From NCBI GenBank assembly GCA_043228905.1, contig JBHGNT010000009.1:19406001-19470000 (forward strand): a stretch of DNA of 64,000 nucleotides. The letters are read 5' to 3'. The notes under the pieces are model-generated. The model made no database searches, was not told the origin of the DNA, and worked only from the letters and a program-made list of their open reading frames with translations. Position numbers and translations under genes: made by a program. This DNA comes from Azolla caroliniana. Its lineage: Eukaryota > Plantae > Polypodiophyta. Numbering within the stretch: position 1 is the stretch's first letter; every line of letters starts with the position of its first letter. Below, piece by piece: positions 32,478 through 44,245 of this stretch.

Positions 32478-34480
32478 TTTTTTCATTTACCAGAATACCC
32501 TTGTGTCTTTAAAAGATCACCAAAGTATCTGAATTTTTTGCACTAACCCTCTAATTGAATACTAAGAGTGGTTAACACCAATAGTAATTAGAGCTACTAA
32601 GGCCTCAATAACACCACCTATAATCAGATTATTATCAATGGTATAGTTGTTGATAATTAACCATCATAGTGATATGATTATGAGACATAATTAGAGCTTA
32701 CAGAATAGTTTGCCAGTTATATTTGCCTATTTTTGTATCATAACATAGATGATATCACATTGTTGATATCATTGTTTTTTTTATCAAACCTTTCTACAAA
32801 GAAATTTATCCTTGCAAATTGGCCCAAGGATAACTTGATGTTCAATTTAACTATAGAATCCAAACTACTTTTATTTTTATTGATAGAGTCAGTCATCTAA
32901 GCTATAATAAATGGCATTATATTGAACCATTTGTCCAAAGTATTACACTAAATTGATGTAAAAGGAGCTTTTCATACTAAGAAAGATGAGAATACAATTT
33001 ATATACAAGATATTATTTTTATTGACCCATAAAGTTATAACATCCATGAAACTGACCCTTCCACATGGAAAAAATCCCTTGTGAATATTCTTAAATTCCA
33101 TGTATGGAATTTAAGGATAGCAAACCTCAAAATCAAAAGTTTGGTTGATGACAACCCTTGTATTCGTACTCTGTTAGGTATTGTACGGGTTTATGAACAT
33201 CATAATTGTGGGGTAGGATACACAAATGTCCGTGTGCTTGTTATGAGGTTTGATTGCAAGAAGTACTACAATAAAAACCGTTAGGCACAATGCCTCGTCG
33301 TATCACTTTCGTCAATATATAAATATGTGTGCGTTGCTCATGGTTGAGAAAGTGCTTTATGTAAGATGGAAAAAGAATATAGCTAGATAAATAAATACGT
33401 GTTGAAATTTCCATCTTGACCTTTTTTGCGAGAATGAACAACCTTTTGGATCTAGATGTTTCCATTAGAATTGCTAGAGGATGTTATTAAGGGTAGGGAG
33501 AGAGAGAGAGAGAGGGAGAGAGTGAGAGAGAGAGAGAGATTATATTATCGTCTTCAGAGGTCAAATATGACATATGAGACCAAAAATATTACATTTCACG
33601 TGATACATGTGAAAGTGAGTAGTGACTCTTGATGTTCAAGAACTTTACCAATGAATGTTGCAATCGAGAGTGCACGTTGTGGTTGTGAGAGAAATTCATG
33701 CAAGGATTGGGCTCGGTCAAAGAGATGTGGAAAGCATGGTCGAATATGATCAAATGCAAAGCATTGTATCAAAGTGTGATACACCATGTCTCACATCGCA
33801 ATGCATGTGTGCTAAGTCGCATGGAAGCAATGGTTCGAATGGTAGAGAGAGACAACACTTTTCCCTTGCATTGTATAAGTTTATGCTTGCAAAGATCCAC
33901 ACACCTTCAAGGATAGAGACATGATAGCCCAACATACAAAGTTCCTTCCTCTTCCTCCTGTTAGGGCTGGATTCACAATGTTTGATGATAATAACACCAC
34001 GTAGTGTGAATCCACGAGAAGGCCCGACAAATGAAAAGAGCACCATGTGTGGGAAGGAATCCACAATGTGAGATGACGACTACAAGACCTAATGCGAATC
34101 GAGAATGAGTGGCGATGACAACACCACATCTTTGGCGGGGGATCGAGGATGTGTGATGATGCCTTTGTTACTGTCACCTTGTGCAAATTCAGATTGTGTG
34201 AGAGGGGGAGGGGGGCGACAAACACAAGTCTTCAAAATGAGCGACAACATACCAAATGCCAGATGTGAGAGAACCTCAAATATGTGGGCATACGTCTTGC
34301 ATTATTAGTGTGTGGCACATTCCAAACTCCTCTCCGACACATCCACGCTCGGATTGCAGTCTGTAGCATCTCTTCTTTTGAACGAATGGGTGCCACCCCA
34401 ATGTGAGTGGGTTGGCAGGAAGGAGCAGCGATGGCGACACACGATGATGGCAGCAACAACAACAATGGAAATAACAATGA

Positions 34481-34711
34481 CAAGGACGATGATGATGGCA
34501 AGGACAAGTACAAGCACAAGGACAAGGAAAAGGACAAGCACAAGGGCAAGGGCAAGGGCAAGGGCAAGGACAAGGACAAGCACACGCACACGCACACGCA
34601 CAAGCACAAGGACAAGGACAAGCACAAGCACAAGCACAAGCACAAGCACAAGCACAAGTACAAGGACAAGCACACAGACAAGGACAAGGACAAGGACAAG
34701 CACAAGCACAA
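34481..34711. repeat. Compound hexamer repeat (CAAGGA/CAAGCA/CAAGGG/CACGCA)
   Basis: About 230 bp with 6-nt period; produces low-complexity ORFs in several frames. Confidence 0.9.
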
Positions 34712-35526
34712 CTTGAGGAAGACAATGCCAAGCAACGGGTATGCATAGGAATGAGGACAACAACCATAGTTGTTGTCGCCACCTGAATGTCAATGTGGCG
34801 GCCGCAGGGCGTAGCAACAAGGAAACACCCGACTGAAGCAAAAGCAGAAGCAAAAGCAGCAGCAGAAGAAGCAGTGTGAGAACGTGTTAGCGAAGGAAAC
34901 CCTTTTCCGATGTGTTTGTATGTGTATGTGTATGTGTATGTGTATGTTGTGTTTCTTCTTCCTTCCTTCCTTCCTTCATGTCTTCCTTCATTTCTTCTTG
35001 TTCAGGGGAGGGAGGTGGGGTGGGGTCCAAACAGTTGTGGGTCATCACGTGAAGACAGAGTCGACCCGATAATGAAGCTTTCTTTCTTCCTGTAAATTCT
35101 TCTTCTTCTTCTTCTTCTTCTTCTTCTTCTTCTTTCTTCTTCATGTATTTGTATATATATATAAAAAGCTTCTGGAAAGATCATGCGCTTTTCCATCTTC
35201 CCCTTTTCCTCTCTTTCTCTTTCACCCTCCCTTTTTCTCCCTTCTCCTTCTTCTTCCTTTTCTTCTTCTTCTTCTTCTTCTTCTAGTTTTCTGTTCTCCA
35301 TCGCCTTTTGTTGTTTCTGTTTTGTTTGTTCTCATCATCATCATTACTATTATTTACCTCCTCTGCTCTTTTTATGCCCACAGCATCCACCCACAACAGA
35401 ACACACACAGTTTTCTCTCCTCCATCTTTTAAGCATATACATATATAACTATACATACATATACATACATATACATATAAGTCAGTAAATATGTAAGAAA
35501 GAAGAAGAAGAAGAAGAAGAAAAAGG

Positions 35527-35562
<36 letters not shown>

Positions 35563-35634
35563 AATTCTTCTTTCTTTCTTTCTTTCTTTCTTTCTCTCTT
35601 TAGCCCTCTTTCTTTCTTTCTTTCTTCAGCTTTC

Positions 35635-38593
35635 ATGGGGAGCATGAGCAGCCCCTTCACAGATGCAGAGCTTCAGTCCTCCTCTTCTGCGCCCCCTCCT
35701 CTCCTCCTCTCCAAATTGGTATGCCGCTTCCTTCACACCCCCTGTTTCTTGATTCTATTCAAATATTGCTGAAAATTCATAGTTTTACTCCATCCATCCA
35801 TCCATCCATCCATACGTGTGTGTTTCTACGTATGGTTGTATATATGAATAATGTGTGTGTGTTTGTATTTTATGGGAATGCACATCTTGTTTCATGTGTC
35901 CTGAAGAAAAGATCTTTCTTGTTAGTTTTTCATAATCATATTTATGTTACATATGTTTCTGCACGTATGTATCTTCTGTCTTGTTATAGAATGTTCCGAG
36001 GGAAGGATCTTTATTCGTGTTTCTTAATACTGGATTAATGTCGTGCTTGTTCATGTGATGTTCTTTATATGTGTATGCTCGCAAGTGGATTCGTGTTTGA
36101 GATCCGTCTCAAAGGGTCTTTACGAGTGTTTCCCCACTCATTTGAATAATTTGTTGGAGTTTGTCAAAATTTTGACTGATTTTATTCATAATGAACCTTT
36201 CATTTTTGGGACGGCGATGCATCTAGAGGTCGGTATCTAGAGATGCACTCCAAAAATAGATGGTCTAGACCTTACAGATTAATGTACCAATGGGTTTTCT
36301 TGTTATTGTAGATGTGCTTAAAGAAGGATGTTTATTGATTGATGGATCGATTTAGTCTGTTTTAGATATTTGTGATCTGCCTGTCTTTTTGATTGATGTT
36401 GTTTTCACTTGTTGAATGCGTAATGAACATAAGATATTGTTATCTGGGTAGATGTTTATTTCCTTGTTTCAAATAAAATAATATGTGGTGTTATATATAA
36501 GTGTTCTACAATGTTTCTTGTTGTAGATGTTACCAAGGAAGCATTTTTTATGTTAGGTCACTAGTTTGATCAGATCATTTGTAAAAGCTAATGGTGTGGG
36601 TCTGTTAGAGATGTAGTCACTGCTTTGATCAAATCATTTGTAAAAGCTAATGATGTGGGTCTGTTAAGAGATGTAGTCACTAGTTTGATCAAATCATTTG
36701 TAAAAGCTAATGGTGTGGGTCTGTTATGAGATGCAGTCACTAGATTGATCAAATCATTTGTAAAAGTTAATAATGTGGGTGTGTTAGAGATGTAATGTAG
36801 TCACCGTGCTATATACTGATAAAATGAAGAATTATGGATTCATGTTATATAACATCTTTGAAGGATCTTTATATGAATTAAGTATTCATGTTATATAACA
36901 CCTTTGAAGGATCTTTATATGAATTAAGGATTCATGTTATATAACATCTTTGGAGGATCTTTATATTAGTGTTGCATTAATAGTAGTTTGGCTTTTGAAT
37001 CATTAATTTATAGACAATCATGACATGTGGGCCAGTTAATTGCAAACTACTTTTCAGCATTACACACATAAAATATACCTCTTGTGTTTTTTTGTGAAAT
37101 GGTTTATGGCCTATGCTATGTATATCATCAATCATCTCTTTTTTTTTGAACTTCTCTCGATTATCTCGTGTTTGCAGAGTCCTGTATCACTTGAGAACAC
37201 ATTACATACGCTAGGAAGCTCATCGAGCAGTAGCAATGCTTATATCGGTGACCTTAGCCTCGCCACAGCAAGCCCAGAAGTACCAAGAAGTTCCACCCAA
37301 CCTCAAGACATGATAACAATAAAGAATGTAAATGATAAACAGCCAGATAAGATCCTCCCTTGTCCTCGGTGTAATAGCTTGGATACCAAGTTTTGTTACT
37401 ACAATAACTATAATGTGAATCAACCTCGCCATTTTTGTAAGAACTGCCAAAGGTATTGGACGGCAGGTGGCACGTTAAGAAATGTCGCAGTGGGGGCGGG
37501 CCGCCGAAAACGGAAACATAATTCAGGAGAATCCAAATCGGGCGGTATCGACTCAAATGAAACTGTAGGGGATACCCCAAATAAGAAAGCCATGAGAACA
37601 AAGGCGATCCCACATGATGAATTCGCTCATCAAAGTGTGGAGACAACAAAGCCTCATCATCTGAGGTACTTGTTTGCGACTTCGGGCTTGTCTTTGCATG
37701 ATCAAAAGAACACCCCGATTTATGGATATGTGGGTCCCACCCCCCCTCCGAATCGAGCTTTCTACAGAGATGAAGGTTCAGACATGGAGCAAATAGGCTC
37801 AAATGTGGGTACCTCCTATAATCTTGAAGGTTTGGATAAGGAGGGAATTGGCTTTAATTTAGGTGCTTTCTACAAAGTTGAAGGTTCAGATATAGATCAG
37901 GTCAGTTCAATTAACATTGGTCTAGTGTCAGAAAGTAACACGCTGAATGGTGAATGTGGAAGATCCCCTCCGTCGGAATCATCTTGTGGGAGGCAACACT
38001 CGATGGAATCTGCTTGCACATCAACTATCACTATCTCACAAGGTGTTGGGAAGGATGGATGTACTACTGGTGTGAAACCTGATGATCTAATCTGTCCAGA
38101 GGTAGATCAAGGTGGAGATGGAAATGAGCACGACAATCAAATACCTGATGAATGTAATGGGCAGTTTGCCTGCAACAACAGTAATACTCGAATAGTAGGT
38201 TCATCTGGTACTAGATTATTTGGTTCTCCTCATTCTCTAGCTTTAGGCTTATCAAATATATCAGCCTGGGATGTGGCACTAGAACAACCGAATCCATTCC
38301 CAGGTGTCGCATGGCCATTGGTCCATAGGCCGATGTGGACAAAACCAACAGATGCTGACCCCGAAAGGCGTCTTTGGGCACCCAAAACATTACGGATAAA
38401 TGACCCGAATGATGCCACATGGAGCTCGATTTGGTCTAACCTTGGATTGAAAGGTGAAGGAGTATCGCTGTCTTCAAGCACTACGAAAGGGGCATTTGAG
38501 TGCCATCCGAAGAAGAAGGCATTCATTCCGGAAGCTCAATCACAACATGTGAGTCCTGCGGCATTCACACAGTCAATGGTATTCCAAGAATGA
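35635..38593 (+). CDS. Dof zinc-finger transcription factor, CDF (Cycling DOF Factor) type; about 499 aa
   Basis: Exon 1 35635-35718 (ATG..TTG|gtatg, tentative) and exon 2 37178-38593 (tgcag|AGT), phase 0. Dof domain [43 protein letters not shown]; CDF C-terminal motifs [22 protein letters not shown] and [12 protein letters not shown]. Confidence 0.9.
36557..36804. repeat. Intronic minisatellite, about 60 bp x 4
   Basis: gtcactagtttgatcaaatcatttgtaaaagctaatggtgtgggtctgtta.. at 36557, 36616, 36676 and 36736. Confidence 0.9.
36836..36966. repeat. Intronic minisatellite, 46 bp x about 3
   Basis: ggattcatgttatataacatctttgaaggatctttatatgaattaa at 36836, 36882 and 36928. Confidence 0.9.
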
Positions 38594-41500
38594 AGATATC
38601 ACCATTGGTATTAAATACCTACTAGTAACTACACAACGCCCAAAAGTTGAGGAAAAGGGCATAAAAATTAGGGTTAGGTTTCGAAACTTCATGGAGCAAC
38701 AGAAAAAGAGGGAGAGAGAAAAGTTGTATGTGCTTCTGCTTGATGGGGTAATCATTTGATCGCATGAGTCATTTTGCGTACATTTTCTTCTCTGTGTTGT
38801 GGTCACAACTTCCAGAAAAGCGAGAGTTTTAAATGTGCTTTTCATATAAAAAAAAAGGCGGCAAAGTGAATGCGTTTCAACAATGTGCTCATGCTCTTTT
38901 ATATATGTAAAAAGAGTAATTATATATTTTTGTTGTCAAAGCTGTATCATGAACTACATTGTTTTTTTTTCAACTTATGTGGTTGGAGATAAACAGATCC
39001 TTCGACGATACATATGCTTCTAGATCGAGAGTGTGTTTCATTTGATCGGTTTGTGTACAATTTATTCTTAAAGAGTTATATGGTAAACCAACCCCTCATT
39101 TCGTCTTCGTGAAAAAATGAGACCATTCTCAATCTTGATGATATTGCTGCGGTTACGATAATAATCTGATAGTGCGTATATTTGTGAATATTTTGATGAC
39201 AAAATATGGAAGGGATATTTTCTTTGTACTATTTGAAAAGTGCTCTCCTTTTCCCCTACTCTTTTATTCCACCTATTGATAGGTGCTAGGTACTATTCAC
39301 ACCTTCCACTTTTCTACCTCTGGGTACTAGTTTAAAAAGCTGCAGTGGGTCTTGTTATTGTTTCCCTTCCTTGAGACGGAGCCTCTCAAATGACACATGT
39401 CGCTACAATTGCGCTCCTTAATCCTTGTTCAACAATCCATTCTTGGATCTTGCAAAGCAAGTCTTTTTTGTTGTGTGTGTCACATAAGCCATTGGTGATG
39501 GGGATGTGTTCCATAAGTAAGGCTACTAGCGATGAGGATGTGTACATAAGTAGGTTACTACCAACAAGGATGGGACATTGAGATTTGTTGGTATTTGCGA
39601 CATATGCTTGCAACAATTATGGTAACATATGTATATTTGGAAATGTGAATAGCGTACTTTATGGATTTTGTTGTTTTTGCTTTACACTTTGTTGGACCAC
39701 GACCACATCCTTGGCATTTAGTCTTTGTTAGATGTGTCCAACGAGAAGCCAAAATTTCGTGGTGATGTGTCCTTTTAAGATTGCTAGGATTCATGAAAGA
39801 AGATGGGCTTGGTGAACTTCTTGTTTTTGTGCTTAGCTTCATTGTTATGGTTTGTTTGCAACACATGAAAAGCTTGCACGTTAGTTGACTATTAAAAGAT
39901 TGCATGTAGTAGGGAGTTGTCTTTGTTCGTGTGATCACCGTTACATGTGTGGGTATGATTTTCCCTAATGGAAAGGCGTGTTTGTTAACTCATGTGTGTC
40001 ACAATTCAAATCAACTAAGGGGGAGAGAATAAGTGGTATTTGTTTTATGTAGCACATGATTTTACTCATGTAATTCTCAAAGTATCCATTTAATATAATG
40101 ATAATTATATGTGAAAAGTAGATATTACATATAATATGCAACAATGACTTTAATCAAATAAAATAAACTAATTGTAAATGACTGTTCATAATTAAAGACA
40201 ATGCCTCTATAGAGGACAACATGTATTGAGAGGGGCTCCAAAAGCGAAAAACTTGCATTCTTTTGTTTTAACCACTCATTGAGAGGCACACAATACCCCA
40301 TAGGTCATAGAGATAAATATGTGGAATTTGAAAAAGAGCGTGTGTAGAATGAGAATAACTACTCATGTTTTTCATCCTTCAAATATAAAATCTATATGAG
40401 GTAGATGGGAGCATACTGGACGCAAATTATTACTTTAAAAGTGAGTAATAAATGTTTATAAAAAAACCCTCTCTAACTTATGTAAACCTTGGTTTAACAC
40501 TTAGAAATACTGTTCTTGGTAAGGTATCCCTAAATGTGTTATCTCCCATGGTTGATGCTTGCCCCCATTCTTAAGTGTCTTCCATAAATCTAATTAATTG
40601 TTCTTTAAGTATTCTTAAGTTTTGTTGACTTATTCAATGTTCAACCCTGTGATTACTAGTGCCATATGCTATTATCTCTATGTTTGTGCCATCATGTAAA
40701 CTCTCAAAGATACCTAGCACGATTCATGAGACAACACATTATGACTACAATGCACCACTCCATCCATAATAGAAGAGAGTGCGGCATACCAACAAAATGG
40801 TGTTTCAACTTACATCATCGATGGTATCACCCACGTCATTCCAAAGCACATATGTTGATTAGTGTGCATTTAATGCCCTAGCCTATTCAACCAATTGCCT
40901 TACCTTAATAAGGTTTTCGAGGATGATTACCAACATGATCATTAATTTGCTTCCTAGTATAGTTATTGGGGATATCCATGATAGTAAAGATAGTGTACAT
41001 ACAACTTTGAGGAAAGGCAACATAGCTACAACTTTGAGGAGAAGTGACGTAATTTACTATAATTGGGAATGCAACATGAGACTCAAAACTTACCAAAACG
41101 ATTACAACCACAACTAGTATAGATGAAATGCGTGAGAAATCATATGCAAGAATGTGAAACACGACCAATTCTATCCACACCATGGAAAATTAAGTCTCCC
41201 TTAATGACCAAACAAATTGTTATCAACCATTCTCATTGACAATATTTTGACGAGAGTTGGGATGACACTCCCACAACAAGAATGACAATAAGGTCGAGGC
41301 TCAAATATGTGGGTGGGTGGGTGGAGGGGGGAATATCATTCTCATATTCTGGAATCCAAAAGAAACCCAAGAAGAATATGGGGTGAAAGCATGGGAGTGG
41401 AAACAATTAGTTGTGTGCTTGACATAGCTAATTAGCTATGCAAAAAGCTACCAATGATTTAGTCTTTTTGCACCATGAATAAAAACATTAGAATGGGGTA

Positions 41501-41620
41501 ATTATATAAATGAGCACCATAAATATGCACCATAAATGGAAATGTGCACTATAATTGGAAACATTAATTATATATCAAATTCCTAGGTTCATTATGCATG
41601 ATCCATCGTCACATCACGTT

Positions 41621-42210
41621 GGCCATCACTTTGTGACTGTTTAGGCTCGATTACTGCCACTATTCGCTCCACTCCTCCATTGCCGCCATTGTACGCTCAA
41701 TTGCCGCCACAATTCGGTCCTAGATTGTTGCCATTGTTTTGTCCGACGGAGTTAACTCCTCCATTGAGACCATTGTACGCTCAGTTGTCACCACTGTTCG
41801 GTTCAACTGAGTTAGCTCCTCCATTGCGACCATTGTACGCTCAATTGTCGTCATTGTTCGGTCCTCGATTGCTACAACTATTCGCAACACGGTTCGCCGG
41901 CCATCACTTTGTGACTGTTCAGGCTCGATTACTTCCACTGTTCGCTCCGATTGAGTTCACTCCATTGCCGCCATTGTACGCTCAATTGCTCCCACAGTTC
42001 GGTCCTAGATTGTTGCCATTGTTTGGTCTGACTGAGGTAACTCCTCCATTGAGGCCATTGTACGCTCAATTGTCGCCATTGTTCGGTCCTGGATTGCTGC
42101 CACTGTTTGGTTCAACTGAGTTAGCTCCTCCATTGCGACCATTGTATGCTCAATTGTCGCCACTGTTCGGTCCTCGATTGCTGCAACTATTCGCAACACA
42201 GTTCGCCGGT
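41621..42210. repeat. Hierarchical tandem repeat: about 21-nt subunits within two roughly 280-310 bp units
   Basis: ggccatcactttgtgactgt at 41621 and 41899; recurring ccattgtacgctcaattg and gttcggtcc modules. Confidence 0.85.
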
Positions 42211-44245
42211 GATTTTACAATTGTTAGCCACTTGCAACTTCTAAAACTGCCACTTTCGAACACTTACCTCCTCTATTGCTAGGTAGCCATTACATCTACA
42301 TCTTCGTTTGTTAATTATATTGTGTATAATCTTGTGTATTGTGGAATAATTTTGTGTATTGTTGTTGCAGATAGTCATCACCGCCACCATAATCGCACAC
42401 TTGGCACCACTGTTCCTAACGATGGTTGCAATCGTCAAAGTTTGAGTAGCGTTCACTTCGCCGCGACAAACAGTCACTTACAGCCACTATGTGTTAATAG
42501 CTAACGGTGGGATTGCTCTTGTCAATAACTAGTTTGCATGTGGTATAGTCATTTACGTCTCGTTTTTTTTCAATTTACTAATGAATATGTGAAGCCAGAT
42601 GGAAGGGGAAGGAGGGTGTTTACCAACAACCCTGATGGATCATCAAGATAGGGATCAAGCTATTAGTACACAACAAGCGATATGAAAGTATTGGGCAGAA
42701 GAAAAAAGGAAACCTCTTCAAATGTTAAAGGATAAGAAAGACACATTAACTAAAGGTAAGGATAGTATTGGTTGTGATGTAGGTCTGAATACCACTGAGA
42801 ATGGAAGTAGTGAGACTACTATAATAGAGAGAAAGGTTATAGACTATTTTCAATGTTCTAACCAAGCACATTAGCAATGAAGATAAGAAGGTAATACTTT
42901 ATGGAATATTAAATGATCCATCATCAAGAGAATTAGTTGATTTTGATGGCCTGAATGGAAACCTAACATCTGTACTAGTAAATAATCTCTGTAATAGTTT
43001 CATATCCATGAGTAGGTTAGATTCAACTGATCTTGTCTTAAAAAGTTCTAGTCTGATGATGTTACTTAATAGTGATGTTGACGATATTAACATAAGTGTG
43101 CCATCTAAGGTAATTGGTGTTAGTAGAAAAAATGTGTACAATACAATGAACCGGTTAATTTCAAGTGATGAAGGAACTAGTCTACTAAAGCTAACCACAA
43201 GATGTAAGCCAATGACACCCATAACATAGGAAATCAAGGATATAATCACCATATTTTGGACTAATGAGAGTAGGGTTTCAAATAATAAGAAGGATTTGTG
43301 CAAGAAACGTGTTGGAAGGAATCAATACGAGGAGCATCCCATTCATCTTCTTGATGTACCTTAGGTATTTACATTTATTTCATCATCAATTTTGATTATT
43401 AAGCTTATTGTCACAAGTCTATGCACTATTGAGATTACAATCACTAGGTAATTAGTTGCAATAACTAGTGGCATGAGCTTCTATCTATGTTGACCGGCAA
43501 AGACCTACAAGCCGGATAAAGTCCATAATGGGAAAGGGATATTTATAATTATTATATTTTGAGAAGTGAACGGACGGACCCGGATTCGGTATGCCGATCC
43601 GGATCCGGACCGGTTCGTAGCCGGTTGGCACCGGTTGTTACCCAGAGCCGGTGACCTATAAAAGGACCCGGTTAGATTGTAATCAATTAACGGTTTATTA
43701 ATGAAAGTGTTGTTGTTCTATATCTTGTTTAATCTTTGACGCTTTAGTTAATTACCGTTTTGTGCTTAATAGAATCTATCTTATGCGTGTATTGAGATCA
43801 TTAACCACGTCGGATCATAGCCGGTTAGGAATACGTTGTATCACGGTCTACACCTACCCCACTTGCACCACCCTTTGGTGAATTGTCCTAGAGGGACACC
43901 CTGTGTTAGGGCTAGTCTTGCCCCAAGGAGTAACATAGTTTTTGGCAACCACGATTCCTGCTCAAGCGTAGTGAACAACGGGGGGCATGGATGACTAGAC
44001 CAACAAATGACCCAACAACGGAGCGAGCGCGACGACTCGCCGAACGACTGCATAAGTGTGAAGCGTACCACTAGGTGGCGGAAGAAATCCGCGCGGATCG
44101 ATCCTTTTCAAAGGTGATCCGGTGAGTGGCCGCGGAGTCACTCCGTGTGCAACAAAATTCCCATCCGGATGAAGGAAGCAGTTTAAGTAGTTTGAGAGAA
44201 GCGGAATCCATCTTGCAGGCATTAGCAGCGGGAGAAGGCGATTCA

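Noticed and set aside
34276-34782. Cys-rich ORF (CACPCPC..) resembling a metallothionein, and the KHKDK ORF on the other strand
   Set aside because: These are translations of a hexamer repeat that is open in several frames; no independent coding signal.
35060-35090. DPIMKLSF resembling the CDF DPAIKLFG motif
   Set aside because: No suitable start codon or splice donor and an in-frame stop follows; probably chance.
36100-36260. Stowaway-like ends and a short hairpin in the Dof intron
   Set aside because: Only partial TIR match and no clear TA duplication; stem too weak for a miRNA precursor.
37040-37177. N-terminal extension of the 517-aa Dof ORF
   Set aside because: Non-ATG start and T-rich sequence ending in tgcag; this is intron.
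39330-41330. Old LTR-element remnants (PPT-like aagggggagag near 40018)
   Set aside because: Too decayed to assign domains or boundaries.
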